The position numbers and the translations under genes were made by a program. Shown piece by piece: positions 1 to 12,400 of a DNA stretch of 64,000 bases (the stretch's first letter is position 1; each line of letters starts with the position of its first letter). The DNA is taken from contig OZ316894.1 in NCBI GenBank assembly GCA_973895155.1, positions 22,415,867-22,479,866 on the forward strand, in the 5' to 3' direction. A model generated the notes under the pieces. The model had not been told where the DNA came from. It worked only from the letters and a program-made list of their open reading frames with translations, and made no database searches. This DNA comes from Marsupella aquatica (lineage: Eukaryota > Plantae > Marchantiophyta).

Positions 1-2101
1 GCCTGTCCTGCCGTGCCCTGCCGTGCCCTGCCGCTCTGTTACGGTACGTAGCTGCAGTCGTGGCCGCGTTCTCAGTTCTCTTGCCGTTCTCTCAGTTCTC
101 TTGCCGTTCTCTCTTCTCCATGTCTGCATTAGTTTGATTTCCTGGATTGGTTGCGGGGGTCCGTCCGTGTTGCAGCCTCGAAACAGTGTGCTGAGATTGA
201 TTGACATAAGCAGACTGGCGGGCTGTTACGCAATGCAGCAGGCCCGTCCAGAGAGACGCCGTTAGTGGGTGTGTGAAGCGAGTGGATTGCAGGAGTGTGT
301 GGTCTGTTCGCTTGAGGACCCGGCAAACGGAAAGACTCCTGTCCGTATTCTCTGCATATGTGCAATCAAGACATCGCGGAGGAAAGCACGGGTTTTGTTT
401 CAGTCGACGAATCAACGAAGAGGACAGCCCGTCTGGAATTCGTTACAGATTGCAGTCATATCTAGCTCCTTCCCCTCCAATCTTTCTTCACGTCTGCATT
501 CACGTACTGACTGCTCGCCTCTATCCCGCTTCTCCGCACCACTCGAATTCCTCGTCATCTCGTTTCCTCGAGCTTTCAGTATTTCTGAGGATTGATCGAT
601 CTCAACATCCGTCCACTTTACTAAATTTTGTGTCTGATTATACCTTTCATCTATGCAACCTACTATGCTTCATTGCAACTGCTTGCTAAATTAGCGGATG
701 AGGTTCTCTCAAGAATGGCTTGAGGAAAAAATTTCGAACACGTGGAAGGCTTCGCCCACGGGTACATGCCAGGACCGCTGTGGGACTGAGGTCGAGCAGC
801 TGCATGTGCCATGATTCACACATAATCTATCGGCGCCGCCTAGAAGGTCATGAGAGCGAGCGAGACGGAGAGAGAAAGAGAGAGAAGAGAAACTGCAAGT
901 CCGTGGTGAAAGCACTCGCGCCATTGAACTGCCATATGATGATTCCGTCGAGCGGAGCACGTATGATTAGTGCCTAGCTGGAAGCTAACGCCTCTGCAAT
1001 GCCGGCTAGCTGGCCTGTTTGAAGCGTGCTCGTGGTACAAAGGGTACAACCGTTGCGAAAAGAGAGAAGGTGCCGATTTGTTCCCCACATTCAGCGAACA
1101 AATATACGCGACCACGAGCTCACAGCTCCCTCGCGAGGCATCTGATCGAGTACCAAGTAGTCTAGCACGCTGTCAGCTCATTTGATCAAATCCGCGAAGG
1201 AGCGAGAGAGCGAGAGAAGCTACGGTCGCGCCCTAGCCGCCCGTTCTTCGAGGCGACTGTAGTAGTACTTCCACCGCCGAGCTAGGACAAAAGCATGAGA
1301 TTTGGTTCTCCGTTCTCTCCTGCAATCGATAGCTCAAAGCAGTGAAATCGAAGAGGACGACAGTATGTAATCTGAGGAGTTGCGCGATGTGACTTGGACG
1401 AACGGCTCGTTCCTTCTACTTTTGTCTCTCGCTCTCGGCCCCTCGCCTTTCTCCGTAGATAAACCCTCCAGACCCTGCGACCAAAAGCGGGTACCTGGCT
1501 CGACTAGCTGCCATCCTCTCTAGCTATCGCTTCTGAATGTGATGCTCAGCGCACGTACTACGGAAGAGGGAGCTAACGCTGTCCCGTTCGGTCTGCTGTC
1601 GGTTGTGTCGTTCATGCCCCCGACAACACGACGGCTTGCTGCTGATGTTGTAAGCGAGAGCCACCTCTCAATACTTCACGGTTGCAGTGACTGCTCTCTC
1701 ACACATGGTGGATACAGGGACGATTCAGCACGAGCCGAAGACGTACTGGTCGGACGCCGGGTGGCGTCGGTCAGCTGCTGAAATAATACTGGAAACCTTC
1801 AAAGAATGACCATCGCAGAATTTTTCTCGCTTCTGCCCCTTCGGCATCTTTTCTGTGGAATTTGGAGATGACGACCTTTTCGTTAGTGGAGGGAGAGTAA
1901 GTGCGACGACAATGGGTTGGAGGCCAGGCTCGTGTAGCAGTTCAAGTTCCCCATATTCCGATCAGAAGGTAGTCCGACGATTCAACGTGTTGATGCGGAG
2001 GCGCGTGACAAGTAGGAAGAATGGTCATCAGGTTTTGAAGTGAAGGATTCGCGTACAGAAGCAAGGAGTTTGAAGTGAAGGATCGAGCTTCAACATTCAA
2101 A

Positions 2102-5100
2102 ATGAAGTTCATGAAATTGGGAGCGAAGGCTGACATTTTTCAAACGGATGGAAATATCACGTGAGTGTCTTTGTTTTGCTGTTGTCAGGCTTGTCACGTC
2201 TTCATGTCCACTTTGTCTTTAGAATGTCTACCAAGCTTTCAACCTAAACATTCGCTTCCCATCCCTTTTCCCTCTCAGCTTGCTAGGGTCGATTCGTGAG
2301 TATGACAAAATTCGAATTCAAAGTTCGTGAACCTTAGCTATGTCGATATCCGACTCGGAGACGGTGCCTGGCTTTCGGCCCATCGTCACTTCTCACAATT
2401 GGGACGATTCGTTAACGATGGGCCGGAAGCTTTAACGATGCGTACTATGCATTCCTGGATTGGTTTTGATTATTCTCCCGGAGTTCCTTCCATTCAGGAC
2501 GATGCGTTGTTGCCTGACGCTGAAGATGACTTCCTGGAACAGTCTGAAAGAGCATTGCTTCGAAGTCATTGCAAATGTCTGCAGGCATTGGGGAACTTCA
2601 GTTCACGGTTGCACAATTCCTGTAGCTTCGACTCGAGGCGGATCTCTCAACCGCTTACGTGAACTCGACGACTGCTTTTATTTAACCACTTGTTTCAACG
2701 TCCGTGATCTCTATCTCGTGGCGATTGCCTCAGTTGGTAGCCTTTCACGGGCCATCGCCGCTGTCTTTCGATCACCTTAATTGGTGCTCAACTTCGACGA
2801 ATAAATGCCATCTCACTCGCACACCGTTCTCTTCACAGCTCGATTTACCATCCTTCGTCCCAAGGTCACGCCGCTCTCTTTTCACCGTTCCATTTACCCT
2901 CCTTCATCCCGAGGTCACGTGTGTTGATTTCGCAAGGTCGTTTCAAGTCTGTTCATTTCGATCGTGAAATTAGAGACGTGCTCTGAAGAACCGCCTCCCG
3001 TCTTTAATGTCCCTCAGTATCACCTGGACAGTCAGGTGCTCGACGATTCTAGTGTTTCTCAGGTCGAGATTGACGTCGTATTCTTCGTTGAACAGCTTAG
3101 ATTATGCCTTCTGTCCTCTCAACATGCCGATCCTATTGAGCATTCATTGACCCTTCGTCTTTAGAAGTTTGTGAGATACCGAAGTCAGCGCGATGGTGAT
3201 ACTTGGGAATACTCACGGTTAACCTCTATCTTCCAATTTGTGCGAAGGGCATTAGGCAGGTCAGTTCCTCTGAAGACATGTCATTCAGGCGAAGTTGTCT
3301 AGACATTAATAGCCTTCAGAAGACTAGCTCTCGAGTTTCTGACATTACTACAGTAGTTAATCGATTTCATCACTGGGGATCCTGAAATTGCTCTCAGCCT
3401 ATTTCTACTCTACCTGTGACGTAACGTGCGGAAGACAGGATCCGATAATATCTCCAGTCCATGGACTTCCATGGCAGTAGATTATCCTTTAGAAAAAAAT
3501 ATCTTCTTCGGTCGTGAGGAAAGCTCACCTTTTTCGCTAAGAGATGCCGATTACTCTGCTGGCCCACTGTTTTTTTATCATATGGCTCTGGCAAGTGCTA
3601 AGTCCTTCGCTGTTTTCTCGATCAGGTCGGTTGCAACGGATCTGCCCAGTGACATCACTCTAAAGTGCGAAGGTGCTGAGCTCAGGCTACATAAGGTAGG
3701 TCACACCCGTTTCTCTGCTGTATTGGTTTCTACTGCTTATTTACGTACTGTCCTCATGTGGCTCTAGAAGCTCAGGACATAAGTATAGGCGTCCATATAC
3801 GTTCGGCGAGTGAAGTTTCTACTATTCCTCTAGGTATCAGACAGCAGCTGAATCCCTCTACATTTGATGTCGTTCTCGTACGATGGTGCAGCACTTAACA
3901 AAGTACAGTCTACGTACGCCAGTTTCCTCTGATGTGCAGAAGTTGCAAGATTCAAAAGCTTATAACTGAAACTCGCAAGGCGAACACGGATGAGATTGAC
4001 ATTGTGGACTTTCCTGGAGGAATTGAGTCATTTACTCTTTGCATGAAATTCTGCTACGGAATAGGTGTCACGCTAAATGCATACAATGTCGTAGATGTGC
4101 GAGCTGGTGCAGAGTACCTTGAAATGACTGAAACTCTGGAGAAGGGCAACCTCATCTACAAGCTAGAAGTCTTCTTGAACACGAGTATCTGTCGTAGTTG
4201 GAAAGACGCCATAATCGTGCTCCAAAGCTCGAAGGCGCTGCTGCCTTGGTCAGAGGATCTCAAAATTGTTGGACGATGTATTGATTCTATCTCTTCAAAG
4301 ACAACAGTGGATCCCGTCAAGGTAGACTGGTCATTCACGCACACACGTCCAGTTGCGTATATTGATCGTTCAACGGATTTTACCAGCCCTCAATGGAATG
4401 AGAGTCGCCGCCATCGAATTGTTCCGAAGGACTGGTGGGTGGAGGACTTATGCGAACTGGAGATAGACCTTTACTGGAGAGTAATGGTAGCAATTAAAGC
4501 TAAAGGGATGTCTCAGGAGCTAGTCGGGGAGGCGCTCAATATATATGCCTTGAAATGGCTTCCAGGTGTCTCCATAGATGAGAGTACTAATCGATTGACA
4601 GGCGCTCGGGTTCTGTGCGAAACTGTGGACATTGCTGCGAAGCACAGGCTGCTATTGGAGACTCTGGTCAATTTACTACCCACCGCAAAGGGTTCTTGCA
4701 GCGTCAGTTTTCTGTTTAAGCTGTTGAAAGCAGCAAACCATTTGGGGGCAGGACCTTCCTCGAAAATGGAATTAGCCCGGCGGATAGGGCTTCAGCTAGA
4801 AGAAGCCTGTGTTGATGACCTGCTCATACCATCTCTCAGCTACGAAGAAGATACGCTGTATGATGTTGATATTGTCATACACATTCTTGAGCATTTTCTT
4901 ATGCAAGACCAGAGCCCGCCGACAAGTCCTTCCAGGGTACGTCTGCCAGGTGAAGGTCGGAGGAGGACACGGTCAGCTGAAAATATTGACCTCTGTGAGA
5001 GTAGAAGGTCGACTGCTACGACTCACAGCGCAAAACTGAAAGTGGCAAAACTCATTGACAGCTATTTGTCCGAGATTGCCAGAGACCCAAATCTCCTTGT

Positions 5101-6223
5101 TTCTAAGTTCAACTGTTTAGCTGAAGCTGTACCGGAGTTCGCACGTCCTATTCACGACGGGCTATATCGAGGCATAGATACGTATCTGATGGTATGTCTT
5201 TCACTCACTTTCGAACAATTGCGAATTCCAAAGCCATGCTTCTTGGATTTTCAGAACAGCAAGTTAACATGATCCCTCCAGTACTAGATCTGATCGTCAA
5301 CTTTGCCGACGGATCTTGGTAGTGAATGTTCAATTTCACATCCATTGCGTTGATTTTTGAGGTGGAAGGTCGATTTGTTCCTTCCTACCGCAAACTCCTC
5401 CCAAGTTCGAAATTATGCCGCTCAATGTTGAAGGATGATAGGACCCTTGATCATAGTTCGTTTTCTCATCCCAGTGGGAGTAGTCCGGACCCAATTTTGA
5501 GGCCAGTATCTCTCGTAGCTTTTCAATTTCCTGTCCTGCAAAAGACTCACTTAGTAAACTGCAGCATATATTTTCTGAGCTTGTGATTGCGCTGACTCTG
5601 TGTCTGCAATTTGACAGGAACATCCTGGTCTAAGCAAGAGCGATAGAAAAAGAGTGTGCCGTCTCATGGACTGTAAGAAGTTGTCAATGGATGCTTGTGT
5701 ACACGCTGCACAAAATGAACGCCTACCACTCCGAGTGGTAGTGCAGGTTCTGTTCTTTGAGCAGGTCAGGACAACCATGTCAGGGGGCGTAGCTCTGCAC
5801 GATCTACCAACCGGCATAAAAGCTCTATTACCACCATCGCAGCTTCAAGAACTGGAAGGGAGTCCCAGTGTTGATGATGGAAGCAGTCAAGAGGAGGCAT
5901 GGCAGACAGTCCACCATGATTTCAAGGCTCTGAAAGGAGACCTGGCCAACATGAAGCAGAGGATCGAAGAGGCAGAGCGGGATCGCTCGACTATGCAGCT
6001 CGAAGAGGCCAAACCGTCCGTCAAACACAAGGCAATATTCCCGTTTCCATCTATATCAAAGAAGTTTCTGAGCAAATTCTTTACTCAAAGCAACAAGAAG
6101 ACCTCTGTACCCGGGAAGAGCCCGGACACATCCCCCAAAGACTCGGAAGAGAGCTCAGGATCGGCTGGTACCATTCCCTCTGGAAAAGCTACTACCCGGC
6201 GGCAAAGACACTTGGTGACATGA
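2102..6223 (+). CDS. NPH3/RPT2-like (NRL) BTB/POZ-NPH3 domain protein, ~667 aa; exons 2102-2160, 3626-3695, 3923-5191, 5618-6223
   Basis: Starts MKFMKLG; BTB segment [12 protein letters not shown]...LHK/FPL; motifs [72 protein letters not shown]. All introns are GT-AG and phases are consistent. Confidence 0.95.
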
Positions 6224-9033
6224 GAACATTGGTATGGGTTGGGACCCGCACACGAACGAAGAATCTTCAAAGCTAATATATTGACCTTCTCCCGTGGTGT
6301 TTTTTAATAGTCGTCGGAGAAAGGCTACCTGAGTTAAATATTCTCCATGCTCCAGAGATCAATCCCGTCTTGTAGCCCAATGGACTTCCGATGTAAAGTC
6401 TCTAGTTTAGTAGAAGAATGTGAAGTCTTAGCTCGGGTATGTGGTCGTTCTGAACGTGTTTTCATGGCGGGTGGAAACCCAGTCTTCGGACATCCACTGC
6501 CCTGTAACAGTGAAGGTTTCCTCCGCCTGTCTAGCTGCTAGCTATTTTGTCTTAGTGCTAGCCGGAAAATGATCAGCGTTTCTGAGGGTAATTTTGCCCT
6601 CGGCTTAACTTTTTCCAGCAATCTTAGATGGATTCGCTGGTATATTTGAGGTATTGATACTTGGAAGCTAGAGGTTGATGTCATGAGCTCATGCTCGACC
6701 AGGATTCCTGCTCAACTGACTCAAAATTGTATGTGGAAGATTCAACAACATTGCAAATGTCTTGCCGCAATTGCGGTTGGTTTGCGGTCCTGAAGTCGAA
6801 TCATGAATTTGTCCAGTTTTCAACGAAAATGTGGCCGGCCTTATGACTCCTTGAATGCGCGGGAGATCTGTCTTCCTCTGCAAATTCAGACGAGCTCTGC
6901 ATCACTGACGGAAGCTGCATTATGATCCAAAACCATCGACAGATCATAAGCTGTCTTGAAAGGGACACGGATGATGTCAAGATAGGAAGAAAAGCGTACC
7001 TAAATGAAAAATCTTTTCGCGAACGTACTCATTTTAACTACCCGCACTTTCCTTATCACGTGGGAAGGAAGTTGCGGATGTCCCTTCGGTGACAACAAAT
7101 TTTACAGTCTGTGGATACCGCAGAGGACCATCCATTAACGCGATCGCGAGGCCAGCCAAGCAAGCAGCTCTGAATGACTGATACGGAACTAAATCATCAT
7201 TGGAAGGCCACACGTACTGTCACAGGTATCAGACTTTCGTTTCGAGATACGAACAAGTTGTGGAGGTCCTCATCATGCCGCTCATGTCAGGAAACACACC
7301 TCACGCTAACTCCAAGACCTGTTGAAGGGTTGGAATCACCTTCCATGAATGCGCTTCCCACCAAGGAGGCGTCCAAGTGTACATTGTCATGATCGGATGC
7401 AGTATGGAGCTCATGACCACAGACCATAATTGCGAACTATGACGTTCTATCTCACATGATCGAGTTAGTTCACGAATAGATCGCTCATCCGTTAGAGTTT
7501 TGTCCGGTGAACTACAACCGGCCTCCCCATCTGGCGGATAGGGTGCGTTACGGGCGCAGATGGGGAGGTCAGCCCCATGGTTGGCCTACTGTTTGTCCAC
7601 CGGTTTATCGAAATACTTGAGGCAGGGCCGGGAAATCGAGCATCCTCATTCTGTGTTAGCACGACTCCCATTAACGCGCATCCTCGAACTGGGAGCGACG
7701 TTGAATGCTCAATCCTTCTGCTTTGATCGTGAGAATGTTCACTTCCCCTTACGTCTCCTGTGCGTGTGCTCTTGCACCACGTATGTTTTCATGGCTTTTC
7801 TCGCGAACGTTTTCATTCGCCTATCGTGCGCGGGAGCCATTGTAATTTCTGGCAGCCAGTCAGTCATCCACTGTCGCCTCCAGACATTGAGATTGCCGTC
7901 TCCGACCGGATTGTAGACCAGACGTTTAGATTGCCAACTTTGACTGTGCTGGTCAATGTCGCTGCCATTGAAACAAGAATAACCTCCAAAATATCGAGAT
8001 CCTCTTGGTGATGTATTAAATGAAATTGGAACAGTGAGCTCTGCTACTGTCAGTTCTCCGGCTGAACAATCCCGTAGACTGAATGTGGAGGCCTCCCGCT
8101 CTGAGCGACGTACATGTCAGGCCAATTCGTGTCTTCGAGGAAGTGGTGGCTCTCTTCTGTGGAGGATCTGTTGGGATGAAAATCTCTGAACTACCAGCAC
8201 CACGCGTGCCGTATTGGATTCCCTCTCAAGCTCTGCTAATTTGGCATCCGAGAGCATGATCTTGAGAGCAAGGCATCCCTTTAATTCCGCTCTGCGGATC
8301 CCGTCCGTAGCCTGCGAGGTCGAAGAAATTCCAAAACTAAAAAAGCATCTCACTCACAACAATTGTCCAACCAGCCCAAGGTTTGGAAAGAATTACCTAC
8401 CAGCAGGGAGATTCAAAGAGAGCCGTCGAAGGCACTGAAAATAATCTCAAGAATAAAGGCAAGAGAGCACTTCTCGATAGGAACCCAAACTTATTACTTG
8501 GAGAGACTTCAGAATTACTTGATGAGACCATCCGTGAGTGCAACATTCAGTGCGTTCTTCTGGCATGATCAGCAACCACCACACTGAAGCCGTTCTCAAT
8601 GTCAGGAAATTGTGCGGCAGGGAGCGAAGGTGGAGACTGAATGGACTGCTGTCAAGACTCGAGAGAGCAACTTTCAACTGAGAGACGGCCTTTCGAGCAT
8701 GGTTGAGAAGCTCTAAGTTCCCTACTTGGACGTCAATGAGAGTGGCAGTGCATCACATTCCTCTCGTCAATAATAAGACTAGAGGTGTGGAAATTGGCAA
8801 TTAGATTTCAAGCTTTCTTGATGTACGTCAGACGTTTATGAGAAGAATTTGGCTAGTTGTTTCTTTGCATTCTTCCTCGTATGACAGGGGAAAATGATCA
8901 ACATCTGCTGCAGCATTTTTCATTGTAACCTTGCAGATAGGTAACCTTGTAACACTATTTAGAGAGGAAACCTTAACAATGGAGGCTTTATCTCCTACTG
9001 TCTCTTATACACAGGGTGTTTCTTGCTCTTTCA

Positions 9034-9490
9034 GAGAGCTCAGGCATTGATTATTCTATTCTTTGTAAGGGTGAGAGCTCAGGCATTGGCTATTCTATTC
9101 TTTGTAAGGGTGAGGCTCAGGCATTGGCTATTCTATTCTTTGTAAGGGTGAGGCTCAGGCATTGGCTATTCTATTCTTTGTGAGGGTGAGGCTGTAGATT
9201 TTAGGTGTATGATAATGACTGTCCGGGCATAGGGTTACTAGGTGTAATGCTGCGACCAAAAAGTGAGGGCTCAAGCATTCACTATTCTATTCTTTGTAAG
9301 GGTGAGCCTGTTGATTTTAGGTGCAGGATAATGACTGCCCGGGCATAGGGTTACTAGGTGTAATGCTGTGACCAAAAAGTGAGGGCTCAAGTATTCACTA
9401 ATTCTATGTAAGGGTGAGGCTGGTGGTTTTAGGTATAGGATAATGACTGTCCAGGGATAGGGTTACTAGGTGCAATGTTGTGACCAAAAA
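9034..9490. repeat. Compound minisatellite: four 37-39 bp units followed by about three ~117 bp units that contain the short unit
   Basis: Repeated ggctcaggcattggctattctattctttgtaagggtga, then repeated ttttaggtg..gataatgactg.cc.gg.atagggttactaggtg.aatg.tg.gaccaaaaagt. Confidence 0.9.
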
Positions 9491-12400
9491 GTAAAAAAAA
9501 ACTTTTGGGCTGGTGTTGGGAATTTTTTTGGAGCATTCTGTGAACAGGGTTCAGACTATAACTCAGCCCAGACCATCCTCATCCTCATAGTACATAAATA
9601 TGGCCAAGAAAACAATAACAATCATGACTTTCTGGGCAAGAGGTTATGGATGTAGCAAGCTTCTCGAAAAATGGTTTTATACTGAATTTAGGATTTCTAG
9701 TTGGATTTCTTTGCTTGACACTCCTATGCAGTTCACATGGGAGCTCTGCTAGGCTCTTCCTATTGCCCATAGGTAAGTTCTAGTTTGTTCCTTTGGGCTT
9801 TCTGGATTGTGATTGCCTCCCCTTGATGGGGTCGCTTGCCAGTGGGATCATTTCTCCCGATTGGATGCCTTTTGTTTTTCTGTAGTTTCTCTATATTGCA
9901 TATCTATAAACTGAAACCTGAAAATCTGTGCAAATTAATAAGATGAAACAATAGAGTCAGAGACCAGACCTTCTGGCAATCTGAACTCTTCCAACCTCCT
10001 TGCCATTTGCCTTCCAGTTCTGGAAATGTCAAGTTATAGCTCTTTCACCTTGGCACCATTCCCCATAAGGTTGCATGTTGTTCAGTGGTCGCCATACTAT
10101 CACTTTCTGCCACATTATGTACCGGAGTACCATGCTTGTTCATGCAATAAATAAATAATGAACAGAATTTTGGTCCCAATTGAATAGAATATTTGTGAGT
10201 TTAAAAAATAGTATACTTTTGGGCATGTCCATTTAAAAAATGTTCTCAGCAATTTTATGTAAAACACTGACCTTAGTTTTGAAATTAAAAAATGAAAATA
10301 TCGAAGAGAATTATATGTAAGTTGGTCCAGAGATATTTAAACACTAATTAACATGTAATGCAAGGATGGTGCAAACGTGGATGACACCATGGTATATAGT
10401 AATTGCCTACCGGTAGTAGCAGAGCATTGTGACCTATAATGCCCTAAAAAATCGCTAGACTTTTGAGGATATTAGGTATTTAATTTGATGAGCTTTGACT
10501 TACTGTAGTGATGTGCTAAACTGCCACTCTCACTCAAAATGTGGGATGAGAAAATAGTGCCTTCTCCACCTTTTTATTTTTTTCAGGAGATCTTCAACAT
10601 ATGGTGCTCTGATATCACCAGATAGTGAAATGTGGTTGTGGTGGTTAAGAGTATACTTGTTGAACCCTCAATGCAACACAGTTAGAACAAATTAACCACG
10701 CAGCTGTACCCAACCTGTGCTTCACTCAAAGTTCTGGTTATGCTCCCACTCTCATTTAGGGACAAGAAAATGAAGCCAGATGGACCTTTAGGTTTGCTAA
10801 ACTATTCCCCTGGAATTTGCAACCAAGACCCCTCAAAGCAACACAGGGAAAAAATTAATGACACAGCTGTACCTAATTATGCTATTCACCCGAGGTTCTT
10901 GGAATGCATACACTTAATTTGCCCTGCATAATCACACATAAAAATGTGGTCAGATAAGGTGTGCACTCGCTGATTTAAAGAAATAACCAGGTTTATCATG
11001 GTATGGACTGATGTGGGACACTGTACACGTCATATTTTGAAGTGCAGTTACCGGTACCCCTTAATTTGGGAACAGGGAAATGAAGGCGGATGGATTGATC
11101 ACATTTTACATTTTACTCACAATTTCACAACAAATACTCCTAATTAGTTCATTTGGTTTCTATCTACACCCAAGGTGCGTGTAATGCCCAAACTTTTGTT
11201 TGATTTAGGAACATGATAATGAACCTGGATGACCTGTAGGTTTCCCATGCTCGAGTGGATTTTTGCAACCTGGATAAATATTACTTTACTCAAAATGTCA
11301 CGAAGAATATACCTAAGTAGTCCACTTCATTTCTATGTACACCCAAGCGAGGACCCACGGTTCTACTGATACCAACACTCCCTTTTAGGAACAAGGAATT
11401 GCAGCCAATGGACCTGTAGGCTTGCCAAAAATGCTCCAAATGAATGGAACGGGACTAATGCATAGTCAAAAGGGTCTCTGAGCTACCAAATAAATATAAA
11501 ATCCGTTTAGCTAATGTTTATTAGGTCTCATGGACTCTCTCCTTCCAATGCCATTGAGAATTGGAGAGGTCTTTGTCAGGTATCAAACTTGTCTACAAAT
11601 TGAAGTACTGGCCTAAGATATAGAGAGGGCTGTGGGACGTGCGAAGTACAAGGAATGGTTTGTCTATCTCAAATGTTCACTCCAATGAAACATCAATATT
11701 TGTGGAAACCAATTAATGTGACATCTCCCTCGCCCATGATCAAATTTTGTGAGTCTTGGACTCACATCAAAGCCTCCATTGAAGCGCACTCCATGCAATT
11801 AACAAGAGTACAATTGTGGACCCCATTGAAATCTCTCCGACAAGCATTTACGTTGGCGTTGAGAAGTATGCAAACTGAATGTTCTCATGAGAGAAATTTA
11901 ATCTCGAGTTTGTTCGCTGTTGCACCTTGAGGAATCACTCATCAACCCTAACATCATTGTAATGTATCCTTTCCTCCAAATTTGCATAATTGAGGCGTCT
12001 ATCAAAAGCTGTACATTGGAGGCAGCCTTCATTCCACTGCAATAGAATTCCACAGATTCAAGGAAGTAACCATATCCGCCATCAGTCCACCTATCAAAGG
12101 TGTAAAGTGATCGAAACTTTCCTCCTGAGATTGTGTAACGAAGGGAGTCTTATTTCATCATCTCTTGCTAGTAAGTTCAGTTTCATGACGTCACTTTTGT
12201 GCGAAAATGTCCATCGATTGCAATTCAATATTTACGAAAACAGTGATAAGTAATACTTTTTCCAGGAAGTGAACATACCGTGACTAAGTTTTGTTTGGAA
12301 GTAAAATCCATTTATGAGTAGGCGTAACTATGGCCGTGCTAAAGTAGAGCTTTTTTTGGATGAAGGAAATCAATGTCCTTTATTCTCTTCAGTAGATTTT

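Noticed and set aside
1912-2043. uORF upstream of the NRL start codon
   Set aside because: A strong donor (ga|gtaagt, ~1897) suggests it may lie in a 5' UTR intron; it cannot be supported without transcript data.
9034-9200. 37-bp repeats of CRISPR-like length
   Set aside because: The units are contiguous with no unique spacers, the context is eukaryotic, and no cas genes are present.
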